This document shows, piece after piece, positions 1 through 10,153 of a DNA stretch of 64,000 bases. This DNA is from Azolla caroliniana (lineage: Eukaryota; Plantae; Polypodiophyta). How positions within the stretch are numbered: the stretch's first letter is position 1; the number at the start of each line of letters is the position of its first letter. The notes beneath the pieces are model-generated. The model saw only the letters and a program-made list of their open reading frames with translations. It had not been told where the DNA came from and did not search any database. The stretch lies in assembly GCA_043228905.1 (NCBI GenBank), contig JBHGNT010000015.1, forward strand, positions 10,912,001-10,976,000. The letters run 5' to 3'. A program made the position numbers and the translations under genes.

Positions 1-219
1 TGCCGGATGCCTATAAAAGGATCCGATGATTTGTAAATGCTTTACGGAAGTAATACAATTATACTTATTGCGTGTTTATCTTTGTCTTTGTATTGTTTTA
101 CCGTCTGTGCTTAGTGTAATCATCTTACGTGTGTAACCTAGCATCCAATCCTTACCACCCCTTTGGAGAAGTGTCGGATAGACACCTGTGTTGAGGCTAG
201 TCCGGCCAGGCATACAACA
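1..219 (+). repeat. 5' LTR of element A (partial)
   Basis: Direct repeat of 10324-10542; TATAAAAG at 12-19; ends CAACA. Confidence 0.95.
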
Positions 220-225
220 CTATTT

Positions 226-235
226 TGGCGACCAC
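226..235 (+). promoter_or_regulatory. Primer binding site TGGCGACCAC, probably tRNA-Arg(UCG)
   Basis: 6 nt after the LTR end; same TGGCGACCACGATTCC in element B at 15167-15182 (minus). tRNA assignment from recalled plant tRNA-Arg 3' end GUGGUCGCCA. Confidence 0.75.
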
Positions 236-271
236 GATTCCTGCAAAGTGCAGAGGACAACCGGGGGATGG

Positions 272-2257
272 ATGTCTAGAACAAACAACGACCACATCAC
301 CGAACGAGGGAGACGATACACTGAACGAGAGCAACGATGGGAAGCCCTGCAACAAGCCGTCGACGAGATCCGGCGAGATCGGTCATTCTCCAGAACTCTT
401 CGGAGAGTCGCAGAAGAAGCACTGCAGTTCCGGGTTCTGCAAGTCCCCGATGAAGGCAGTAGCATAACAAGCCTGCAAGAGGCGGAAACGATACTACAGA
501 CGCTCGCCGGTGGCGACGGGGACTCGGAAGCATTCGCAACACTCGAGGCGGAGTCGGAAAGCGACGGAAGCGTTGCGTCCCGGTATAAAAGCAGCCACGA
601 CACACCAAACGACCCGGGGGAAGAGGAGTTGGAAGACTCAGTAACACCGGAGCTAGAGGAAGAAATAACCTTGGAGTTCGGTGATCGGCAATCGCCGAGG
701 GAGGCTGACCGGATACCGACAACACCCGCGAAGGAACCGAAGGACCGGACACCGACAACAACCGCGGAGGAACCGAAGGAGCGGATACCGACAACAGCCG
801 CGAAGGAACCGAAGGACCGGACACCGACAACACCTGCGGAGGAACCGAATGAGTGGATACCGACAACACCCGCGGAGGAACCAAAGGACCGGACACCGGC
901 AACACCCGCGGAGGAACTGAAGGAGTGGATACCGACACCAACCGCGGAGGAACCGAAGGTTCTCACACCGACGCCAACAGGAGACAGAGAGCGGAGAGAG
1001 CAAGAGAGTCAGTTGGACGACACGATGCCGTACCCATACCCAAAGTACCGGGATGTGCCCGACGCGGAGGCACACATGTACGCATTCCTCCAAACATGGG
1101 AAGCCAACCATGTTTCCCAAAGACTGATGGAGCCCAAAGCCGAACGATCCAAAGTCGCCGAATTCGGCATGACCTTAGAAGGACCGGCGGCCCGATGGCA
1201 CGCAAAGCACTTACCGGGCAGCTTTGCCACATTCGATGCCTTGAAGGCCAAATTCCTCAGGCTTTTTCACAGACAAGTTGAGCAAAGGGAATTGGTCGGG
1301 CAGTTCTACACCACCCGACAGGAAGAGAACGAGACTGTGCCACAATTCATCATTCGGTTTCAGACCCTGCACAGCCAACTGACGAGAGCACCACTCGAAG
1401 ACGAAGCCAAAGCAGTCTTTTTGACCGCGCTAAAAGAGCCACTTCGAACGATGTGCGGAGTCCTTGATTTCCGCACCAGCACAATGGACCAAGTTATTGA
1501 TCGGGTCTTAGAAATGGACAAGACTAGCTCCTTCTTGTCGATGGGGATGTTACACCGGGCACTCCCGAAGGAGGAAGACCTGAGGTTCCGACAGGCCTTA
1601 CAATGCACAACATGCCTAAATTCGGGCCACTCAATGGTAGACTGCAACCTGTGGACACAATGTATGATCTGCAACTCTCGAGCCCATACAACGGACCGAT
1701 GCGAATATAACCTGTTAAATTGGCAGGCGGCACCGGTTCGACACATAGAACCGCACAATCAGGACCCGGATGAGGATCGATTCCGGAGAGACGACCGCTA
1801 CCAACGCGAACGCAGTGACAGATACGCTGATAGAAGACACGATAACTATGACCGAGAGGAGAAATGCAGAGATAGCTACCCCCGGGACCGGTACGACCGA
1901 GACGAATCCCCGGAATACGAACGACGCAGAGAAGAGAGGCGACAAGGGAACCGGAATTTCCGATGGAATCAGAAGCGTGGATTTTTCCGAAGAGAGGAAC
2001 GTCGGGAGGCAGCAAGGAATGACAACCCGGTATCGGTACCGGATAACCGAAAAACCGAAGACAACCGCCGAAGTATACCCACCCCCCAAACCGGGGACAA
2101 AGGAGAAACGAGCAACAGTCACAAGGTGTACTATTATTATTGCCGTAAGGAGGGCCATTATAGTAACCAATGCCCAAGCAAAACCAATGACAAGCAGCCG
2201 GCAGTCAACATGGTTACAGCCGAAATAACGGAAGTGCAGCAGGTCACAACCCGGTGA
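272..2257 (+). pseudogene. Gag of element A (retrotrans_gag capsid plus CCHC knuckles)
   Basis: ATG at 272; capsid motif (LEGPAARWH...QEENETVPQFIIRF); CX2CX4HX4C knuckles. TGA at 2255 corresponds to Ser in paralog B (QVTTRSKG), so it is premature. Confidence 0.9.
710..961 (+). repeat. 36-bp coding tandem repeat, 7 copies, (R/W)(I/T)PTTPAEEPK(D/E)
   Basis: Visible in both DNA and translation. Confidence 0.9.
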
Positions 2258-2930
2258 AAGGGGAAGGCCGCCGAGTGGGAAGCCCAGGAGGCAATCAGAA
2301 AACAAGCGGCGCAATGGATCAAGAAGGCCAATGAACAGAATGCGGCAGAAGTAAGAGACCAAAATATGCCAAAAGACGAAGAAATCATACAACCAGGAGA
2401 AAACCCGACGTGGCAAGCGCTCTAGGACTGTCAAATCGTGCTGCCGTTAGCACGGCTACTACAGTTGGTGCCACGGTTTACGGCAGACTTACAGGCATCC
2501 GTGAGCAAACCGAAGCCGACGCCAGCACCGACATTCTTCTCCAACCCGGAGGAAGGACCAGCTGTGGTCGATACAAGTAGCCCGGCGATCACGGCAATCG
2601 TGAAAGGAAAGGAAATTGCCGGAACAATTATTGACGGAGGCTTCGGGGTAAATGTCATCAGCTGACAGACATGCGACAACCTGGGCATCCGGGAATGGGA
2701 ACCATGCCCCTTCTGGTTACGCATGGCGGATACCAGCTCAGTCCGACTGACCGGGCTTATCCGGGATTTGGAAGTAACGATCGGAGGCCACGTATTCCGG
2801 ATATCGGCCGTGGTGGTGCAGCTGAATGTACAAGGCGCGTACCCCCTACTGCTAGGACTACCATGGCTGCGAACGACGCATATCAAGCAGAATTGGCAAA
2901 AGAACATGATCACATTCCGACAAGGGAAAA
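2258..2930 (+). pseudogene. Aspartic protease region of element A
   Basis: IIDGGFGVNVI and PLLLGLPWL motifs; in-frame stop at 2663; colinear with element B ORF 12275-13306. Confidence 0.88.
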
Positions 2931-3229
2931 AGAAAGGGAGCAGCGGAAAGCGGTGGAGGACGACAGACGAAGAATGGAAGAAGGCCTCCGGAAAGGCCGA
3001 GCCACTAATGACCGACTGCAAGAAGAAAAAGAAAAGCTGCAAAAGGAGAAGGACCGACTGCGTCGACAGGCCGAGCAGGAGATAGAGCGACTGTAGGAAG
3101 AACTCCGACAACAGAAGGACCGGGACAACCGGTTAAGAGCTCAAGTGAGCCGACGCCTGAAGCAGAAGATGGAGGACTTCGACCGACTCTACCGAGATCA
3201 CAAGCAGGCCGAGTCGGACAACAAGAAAC

Positions 3230-4027
3230 TGTTGGGATTTCGGTCCCTCCGGATGGGATGTCCGGAGATGAATGACGGCAAGCCCGGTTGCGGTTACGGT
3301 GCCGGATGATGAAGACCCTGGCTACGGAGCCGGATGATGAAGACCCCGGTTACGGAGCCGGATGATGAAGACCCCGATTACGGAGCCGGATGACGAAGAC
3401 CCCGGTTACGGAGCCGGATGCTGAAGACCCCGGCTACGGTGCCGGATGATGAAGACCCCGGCTACGGAGCCGGATGATGAATACCCCGGCTACGGAGCCG
3501 GATGCTGAAGACCCCGGCTACGGAGCCGGATGCTGAAGACCCCGGTTACGGAGCTGGATGACGGATGTACCCGGAGGGAGATCCGGATGCGGGGACATAT
3601 TTGTGAATATGTTTGCCAAGAGCCCTTGAGGCTATATTTGTAAATAGCCCGAAAGTCATATGTGTATAAATATGACTTAGGGCAAACAGTTTATGTTGTT
3701 GCTTATTTTTCCATGCGAAGCGAGAGCAGCCGCGAGAGAAAGAGAGAGAGAGAGAGAGAGAGACGAAGAGGTCGTTGCCTCTGTGTAGTACCGCCGTCTG
3801 TGGCGAAGACAGTGAGCTCAAGGTTGTTGCCTTGAAGCTTCACCATTGTACATCTCTGTTCATAGTGATAGTTGGAGTTTGAGGACTCCCGTGGTTTTTC
3901 CCATTTAGGGTTTTCCACGTAAAATATCCTGTGTACTCTTCTCTCTATAGTCTTCGTGTACTTTGTATTTCCTATTTTCTGGAGTTGATCCTATTCCTCG
4001 GTTGTGGCCGAGCACTGTTTTTCAACA
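3230..4027 (+). repeat. 5' LTR of C1 with 28-bp tandem array (about 9.5 copies, 3292-3560) and (GA)n tract
   Basis: TGTTG...CAACA; unit GGTTACGGAGCCGGATGATGAAGACCCC. Confidence 0.97.
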
Positions 4028-4030
4028 AAC

Positions 4031-4042
4031 TGGTATCAGAGC
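4031..4042 (+). promoter_or_regulatory. PBS for initiator tRNA-Met (TGGTATCAGAGC)
   Basis: Canonical plant PBS 3 nt after the LTR. Confidence 0.97.
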
Positions 4043-4056
4043 AACTGTTGCAGAAA

Positions 4057-7000
4057 ATGGAAGGCGGCGGCAGCGGGCAGCCGATGATGATGGTGCTGAA
4101 TGCACAGAATTACGCCGACTGGAAGATCAAGATGGAGGATCTTCTGATTGTTCGGGACCTGTACGAACCGATTGACAGGTCGGAAATACCGAAAGGGGTA
4201 CTTGAGTCGGAGTGGAAGCTCCTGAACCGGAAAGCCGTAGCGACGATCCGACAATATGTCGATGTAAGCGTCCTACAACATGTGGCAAACGACACCAACG
4301 CATATGAGATGTGGAAGAAGCTGTCGGGCCTCTATGAGAGGAAGAATGCGTTGAACCGGACCTCCCTGATGAGGAAGATAGTGAATCTCAAGTACCGGGA
4401 CGGCGAGAGTATGGTGGAACACGTAAGCACGTTCATGGGATTCGTGAATCAGCTTGCGGCGATCAAGTTCCCGTTGGAGGATGCAATGCAAGCCATCATC
4501 CTGATGTGTACATTGCCGGAAAGCTGGGAGAACTTGGTGGTGACTCTCAGCACCTCCTGCACCGAAGATAACTTGTCCTTGCAAACGGTAAAGACAAGTA
4601 TTTTGAACGAAGAAGCGCGTCGGAGAGACAAAGAACCGGCCTCCGACTCGAAGGCGCTGCTTACCGAATCGGATCGGGGAAGACAATGGAACCGGAGTCC
4701 GCAAAGACGGGAGAAGTCGGGGACCCGGTCGCAGTCAAGAGGAAGGCCCACATGCTTCCACTGTGGGAAGCCGGGGCACTTCCGAAAGAATTGTCGGCAT
4801 TACCGAAAAGACAACGGAGCCGACGACACCGACTCGAAGAAGTCACCGGAGAGAAACGGTGCATACCGGGGAGCCACGGACCGGAGAGGTTCGGATCGGC
4901 GAGGGCAGGACCGGAAAGGAACAACGGCACTCGCGGCAAGTGAGGAAGAAATCATGCTCATCACCGAAGAAGGTGAGCTAAACGTTGCCGGCGATGAGAC
5001 GACCTGGGTGGTCGATTCCGGAGCATCGTTCCACCTGACCCCGGAGAGAAGATACTTCTCATCCTACACAGCCGGTGAGCATGGCTGTGTTCGGATGGGA
5101 AATGAAGGTACGTGCCGGATTGCCGGCATCGGAGACGTGTGGCTGATGACATCAACCGGATGCAAGATGCTGCTGAAGGATGTTCGACACGTTCCGGAGG
5201 TCCGATTGAACCTGATCTCGGCCGGGAGGCTAGATGATGAAGGCTACACGGGTAGCATCCGGAACGGTGTTATGAAGTTCAGCAAAGGGAGCCTGATAGT
5301 GGCTCGGGCCCGGAAAGACAACACACTGTACCTGATGAATGCCCGGTTATGTCCGGAAGAGCTGAATGTGGCAGCCGACACTGCCGGTGAACTGTGGCAC
5401 AAGAGACTGTGCCACATGAGTGAGAAGGGGATGAAGAGGCTTGCAGAAGACAACCTTATTCCAGTGAAGCATGTGCACCTGGAGAGGTGCACCGACTGTC
5501 TGGCCGGTAAGCAAAACCGGACCTCCTTCCACTCAAGGCCACCGACGAGACGTAGCGCACCATTGGAGTTGGTGCACACTGATGTGTGTCAGGTAGAAAC
5601 GAAGTCACATGGCGGAGCCCAGTACTTCGTGACATTCATCGATGATCATAGCCGAAAACTGTGGACGGCACCGTTGAAGACAAAGGACCAAGTGTTGTCC
5701 GTCTTCAAAGAACTCCACGCGAGAGTGGAAAGAGAATCCGGCAAGAAGCTGAAAGCGATACGAGCGGATAACGGAGGGGAATACCGGGGGCAGTTCGCGG
5801 AGTACTGTCGCTCGAAGGGAATCCGACTCGAGTTTACTGTGCCGAAGACGCCGGAACTGAACGGGCTGGCCGAGAGGATGAACCGGACCATAATGGAGAG
5901 GGTCCGGAGTATGCTGGCGCATGCGAAATTACCCAAGGGATTTTGGGCTGAGGCAATGTCGACGGCGACATATGTGATAAACAGATCACCCTCAGTACCT
6001 TTGGACGGAGACACGCCGCAGAGAGTGTGGACCGGTAGGGTAGTATCCTACCGGCATCTGAAGGTGTTCGGGTGTCTCGCATACGTGCATGTGGCAAAGG
6101 ACCGGAGAGGAAAGCTAGATCCAAAGACCCGGCCATGCATATTCCTCGGTTACGGCGACGACGAGTTCGGCTACCGAGTATGGGACCCGGTCGACAAGAA
6201 GATATTCAGGAGTCGAGACATCATCTTCATGGAGGACAAGACACTCGCCGACTGGGAGTCGGAGAAGAAGGTGAAGAGCTCCAAGTCGACCGGTGAGGAT
6301 AAACTCTACGAGGAGCAGTCCCGACCGGCAAGGGACCGGTTAGCACTCGAGGATCCGGCCGAAGACGGTGAAGAATCAGAACCGGCCGAGGAAGATGAAA
6401 CTGATACCGGAACTGGCCCTGATCCCGAAATGGATTCGGATGAAGAGGAAACGGAGCAGCCGGTTACCGAAGCTCCGGAACGGAGATACCCTCTAAGAGA
6501 GAGAAGGGCCCCCCGGAGATTTCCGGAACAAGAGCACGTGCTGCTAACCGACGAGGGGGAGCCGGAAAGTTTTGAAGAAGCAAAGCTTGACAACCATAGC
6601 CGCAGGTGGTTAAGTGCCATGCAGGAGGAGATGGATTCCCTGCATGAGAACCACACATATGAACTTGTGGAGTTGCCGAAAGGTAAGCGTGCACTTCGAA
6701 ACAAGTGGGTGTTCAAGCTGAAACCGGGAGATGCCGGAAACCCCACGAGATACAAAGCCAGGATCGTGGTGAAGGGGTTCCAGCAGAAGAAGGGCGTCGA
6801 CTTCGACGAGATATTTGCCCCGGTAGTGAAGATGACCTCCATCCGGACGGTGCTGAGCATAGCGGCAAGCATGGACCTCGAGGTAGAACAGATGGACGTG
6901 AAGACGGCATTCCTTCACGGTGACCTCGATGAAGAGATCTACATGCAGCAACCGGAAGGATTCGAGAAGAAAGGGAAGGAGCACCTGGTATGCCGATTGA

Positions 7001-8130
7001 AGAAGAGCCTTTATGGACTGAAGCAGGCTCCCCGGCAATGGTACCGGAAGTTCGACTCCTTCATGACCGACGAAGGGTACCTCAAAACGCAGTCCGACCA
7101 CTGCGTGTTTGTGAAGAAGTTCGAAGGAGGAGACTTGCTAATACTCCTCCTGTACGTGGACGACATGTTGATCGTCGGACGGGACCAGGTCAAGATACGG
7201 ATGCTGAAGAAGGCTCTTCACCGAACCTTCTCAATGAAGGACCTGGGTCCGGCGAGGCAAATACTAGGGATGCACATCATCCGGGACCGGAAGAAGAAGC
7301 AGTTGTGGCTGTCACAGGAGAAGTACGTGACGAAGGTGCTTCAACGGTTCAACATGTCGGAAGCAAGACCGGTCGGATCGACCCTCCCGGCAAACTGCAA
7401 GCTGTCCAGCAAGCAAAGTCCCAAGACAAAGGCTGAAAAGGAGGATATGATGAAAGTGCCGTATGCCTCAGCCGTCGGGAGCTTGATGTACGCCATGGTG
7501 TGTACGAGACCGGACATAGGATATGCAGTCGGAGTGGTGAGCCGGTACATGAGCAATCCCGGCAAAGAGCACTGGAACGCGGTCAAGTGGATACTCCGAT
7601 ACCTGAAGGGCACGGCAAACTTGTGCCTCCGATTCGGCTCCGGTAAGCCCGAACTCGACGGCTTTACTGATTCAGATATGTCGGCTGATGCAGATACCAG
7701 CCGGTCCACATCAGGGTATGTGATGACGTATGCAGGGGGAGCTGTTTCGTGGCAGTCGAGGCTGCAGAAGACGGTTGCGTTGTCAACCACGGAGGCGGAG
7801 TACATGGCGGCTGTTGAAGCCGGCAAGGAAATAATATGGATGAAGGACTTCATTAGAGAGCTCGGTATCCGGCAAGAGGAACACCGACTCTACTGTGACA
7901 GTCAGAGTGCCATCCACCTTGCGAAGAACGCGGCCTATCACTCCCGGACGAAGCACATCCAGCGAAGATATCACTGGATCCGGGAAAGGATAGAAGACCA
8001 GGAGTTCGTGCTGACGAAGATCCACACGGACGAGAACGGCTCAGATATGCTGACCAAAGTGCTCACACCCGACAAGCTGGAAGCATGCCGGAAGAGGATC
8101 GGATTGGAGAGACATCCCATGCCGAAGTGA
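4057..8130 (+). CDS. Copia Gag-Pol polyprotein, 1357 aa (gag, CCHC, protease, integrase, RT, RNase H)
   Basis: ATG at 4057 after PBS; CFHCGKPGHFRKNC; WVVDSGASFH; LWHKRLCH...CTDC; HTD...DNGGEY...AER; LYGLKQ; LYVDD; FTDSD. Confidence 0.97.
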   Translation: MEGGGSGQPMMMVLNAQNYADWKIKMEDLLIVRDLYEPIDRSEIPKGVLESEWKLLNRKAVATIRQYVDVSVLQHVANDTNAYEMWKKLSGLYERKNALNRTSLMRKIVNLKYRDGESMVEHVSTFMGFVNQLAAIKFPLEDAMQAIILMCTLPESWENLVVTLSTSCTEDNLSLQTVKTSILNEEARRRDKEPASDSKALLTESDRGRQWNRSPQRREKSGTRSQSRGRPTCFHCGKPGHFRKNCRHYRKDNGADDTDSKKSPERNGAYRGATDRRGSDRRGQDRKGTTALAASEEEIMLITEEGELNVAGDETTWVVDSGASFHLTPERRYFSSYTAGEHGCVRMGNEGTCRIAGIGDVWLMTSTGCKMLLKDVRHVPEVRLNLISAGRLDDEGYTGSIRNGVMKFSKGSLIVARARKDNTLYLMNARLCPEELNVAADTAGELWHKRLCHMSEKGMKRLAEDNLIPVKHVHLERCTDCLAGKQNRTSFHSRPPTRRSAPLELVHTDVCQVETKSHGGAQYFVTFIDDHSRKLWTAPLKTKDQVLSVFKELHARVERESGKKLKAIRADNGGEYRGQFAEYCRSKGIRLEFTVPKTPELNGLAERMNRTIMERVRSMLAHAKLPKGFWAEAMSTATYVINRSPSVPLDGDTPQRVWTGRVVSYRHLKVFGCLAYVHVAKDRRGKLDPKTRPCIFLGYGDDEFGYRVWDPVDKKIFRSRDIIFMEDKTLADWESEKKVKSSKSTGEDKLYEEQSRPARDRLALEDPAEDGEESEPAEEDETDTGTGPDPEMDSDEEETEQPVTEAPERRYPLRERRAPRRFPEQEHVLLTDEGEPESFEEAKLDNHSRRWLSAMQEEMDSLHENHTYELVELPKGKRALRNKWVFKLKPGDAGNPTRYKARIVVKGFQQKKGVDFDEIFAPVVKMTSIRTVLSIAASMDLEVEQMDVKTAFLHGDLDEEIYMQQPEGFEKKGKEHLVCRLKKSLYGLKQAPRQWYRKFDSFMTDEGYLKTQSDHCVFVKKFEGGDLLILLLYVDDMLIVGRDQVKIRMLKKALHRTFSMKDLGPARQILGMHIIRDRKKKQLWLSQEKYVTKVLQRFNMSEARPVGSTLPANCKLSSKQSPKTKAEKEDMMKVPYASAVGSLMYAMVCTRPDIGYAVGVVSRYMSNPGKEHWNAVKWILRYLKGTANLCLRFGSGKPELDGFTDSDMSADADTSRSTSGYVMTYAGGAVSWQSRLQKTVALSTTEAEYMAAVEAGKEIIWMKDFIRELGIRQEEHRLYCDSQSAIHLAKNAAYHSRTKHIQRRYHWIRERIEDQEFVLTKIHTDENGSDMLTKVLTPDKLEACRKRIGLERHPMPK

Positions 8131-8138
8131 AGGGGGAG
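8131..8138 (+). promoter_or_regulatory. Polypurine tract of C1 (AGGGGGAG)
   Basis: 2 nt before the 3' LTR. Confidence 0.93.
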
Positions 8139-8140
8139 TT

Positions 8141-8938
8141 TGTTGGGATTTCGGTCCCTCCGGATGGGATGTCCGGAGATGAATGACGGCAAGCCCGGTT
8201 GCGGTTACGGTGCCGGATGATGAAGACCCTGGCTACGGAGCCGGATGATGAAGACCCCGGTTACGGAGCCGGATGAGGAAGACCCCGGTTACGGAGCCGG
8301 ATGACGAAGACCCCGGTTACGGAGCCGGATGCTGAAGACCCCGGCTACGGTGCCGGATGATGAAGACCCCGGCTACGGAGCCGGATGATGAATACCTCGG
8401 CTACGAAGCCGGATGCTGAAGACCCCGGCTACGGAGCCGGATGCTGAAGACCCCGGTTACGGAGCTGGATGACGGATGTACCCGGAGGGAGATCCGGATG
8501 CGGGGACATATTTGTGAATATGTTTGCCAAGAGCCCTTGAGGCTATATTTGTAAATAGCCCGAAAGTCATATGTGTATAAATATGACTTAGGGCAAACAG
8601 TTTATGTTGTTGCTTATTTTTCCATGCGAAGCGAGAGCAGCCGCGAGAGAAAGAGAGAGAGAGAGAGAGAGAGACGAAGAGGTCGTTGCCTCTGTGTAGT
8701 ACCGCCGTCTGTGGCGAAGACAGTGAGCTCAAGGTTGTTGCCTTGAAGCTTCACCATTGTACATCTCTGTTCATAGTGATAGTTGGAGTTTGAGGACTCC
8801 CGTGGTTTTTCCCATTTAGGGTTTTCCACGTAAAATATCCTGTGTACTCTTCTCTCTATAGTCTTCGTGTACTTTGTATTTCCTATTTTCTGGAGTTGAT
8901 CCTATTCCTCGGTTGTGGCCGAGCACTGTTTTTCAACA
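8141..8938 (+). repeat. 3' LTR of C1
   Basis: Direct repeat of 3230-4027. Confidence 0.97.
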
Positions 8939-10134
8939 GAAACAGGCAGCAGACTACGACCGGAAAATAGAGAAGCTGAAAGAACAGCTCAAAGAGACCC
9001 GATTGGACCTGGCTAAGACAATGGACGAGGTCAGTGCCAAAAAGGAAGCATTGTCGGCGGAAATAACCCAAGCGACGGAGAGAAGGAAGGAATTAGAGGC
9101 GCTAAGGCGGGAAAAGCTGGATCTGACCAAGATCCGGAATGAAGAAAAGGAAAGATCGACCTTCACGCTCAACAAACTGCAAAGTGCCTATGAAAAGCAG
9201 AGAGCGGATTACGAAGCCCATGCTCAGATAATGGCCGACATTATAAAACGGGCAAGGAAGGAAAAGCAAGAAGCTTATGCGCATGCTAAAGCGGGGGTTG
9301 ACCGGATCAAGCTCATCATGTCATGTTGGAGTACCCGAGCTCATGCAAGCATCAACGAAAGTACGGAAAAGCTATGGAAGGAGTGGTCACAACAGGCAGT
9401 CGAGCTGCAGACACTCCGAGCTAATGCCGAGAATCGGAGGAAGACCGGTGACAAGTTCTACAAGATGGATGAAGAAAGTATCGTCGCCATTCGGGAAGAG
9501 TTGTCGGAGGATTTCTACGCTTTAGCGGAAGAACATCTCAAAGAAATCCGAGGGTTGGGAGAGAGGTTGGATGACGGGCAGCTCGCAACTCAGTTGGAGT
9601 TGGAGAAATACGAGTAGGACCGGTTACAACAGGAAGCCGAGGGAAGAACGACGCCAATCACTATAAGTGAGGGAGAGCGACCGGCTGAAGCTGAACCAAC
9701 CGACACCGAACAACCCCGACAAGGAATACTCGAAGAAGAACTTCCGGTCCAAGAAAATCAAGAAGAGCAGGTGCAGACCGATGACGGGGAAGAAGAAGAG
9801 CTGAGACTGGAAAACACCGGAGCAGAGGAAGAAGGCGCACCGAACCGACCAGTCGAGACCGGAGAAAGCGACATTGGTAACAGAACAGAGCCTGGAACGG
9901 AGGAAGAATAGGAAGAACTCGGACGGAGCGGTGAGGAAGCACCGGCACCACAGAATCAAGCAGAGCCGGAGCAACAAATTTTTACGGAACAACCAACCCA
10001 ACCGGAGGTTGGAGACCAAGCAGGCAAGGAACAGGAATTGGAGGAAGAGGCACCACTTGACACCTTCGAGCGGAGTTTGCTCGATATTTTGGAGGAAGAC
10101 TGAGGCCGGGAGTGGGTTCGAAGTGCAAGGCACT

Positions 10135-10151
10135 TTCCCATGGGCGTGCCA
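10135..10151 (+). other. Sense tRNA-Arg-3'-end-like motif (inverted PBS) at the PPT position of element A
   Basis: TTCCCATGGGCGTGCCA, 2 nt before the 3' LTR; minus strand reads TGGCACGCCCATGGGA; conserved at 31573-31589. Confidence 0.75.
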
Positions 10152-10153
10152 TG

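Larger units (their letters stand above)
3230..8938 (+). mobile_element. Element C1: intact full-length Ty1/Copia LTR retrotransposon (Tnt1/Tork-like)
   Basis: 798-bp LTRs at 3230-4027 and 8141-8938 (about 4 mismatches); TSD GAAAC at 3225-3229 and 8939-8943; PBS, PPT and uninterrupted ORF. Confidence 0.98.
2935..10103 (+). pseudogene. Extra 3' ORF of element A (coiled-coil plus acidic tail ending DILEED*), 5'-truncated and split by Copia at 3230-8938
   Basis: E/K/R-rich heptad-like sequence on both sides of the insertion; frame of 8874-9617 continues through TAG stops to TGA at 10101-10103; homologous to 30132-31544. Confidence 0.82.

Noticed and set aside
220-966. Long antisense ORFs over gag and other TE regions
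   Set aside because: Shadows of GC-rich, repeat-containing coding sequence with no recognisable domains.
2255-2257. Programmed stop-codon readthrough between gag and pol
   Set aside because: Paralog B has a Ser codon here, and A has other nonsense mutations.
3292-3560. CRISPR-like regular repeats (also 8203-8471 and 56201-56400)
   Set aside because: Head-to-tail tandem units with no unique spacers, inside LTRs of a eukaryotic genome; no cas genes.
3931-4056. N-terminal extensions of ORFs 3931-8130, 188-2257 and 8874-9617
   Set aside because: Non-ATG starts lying inside LTRs; the true starts are 4057 and 272, and the third is an LTR-junction artefact.
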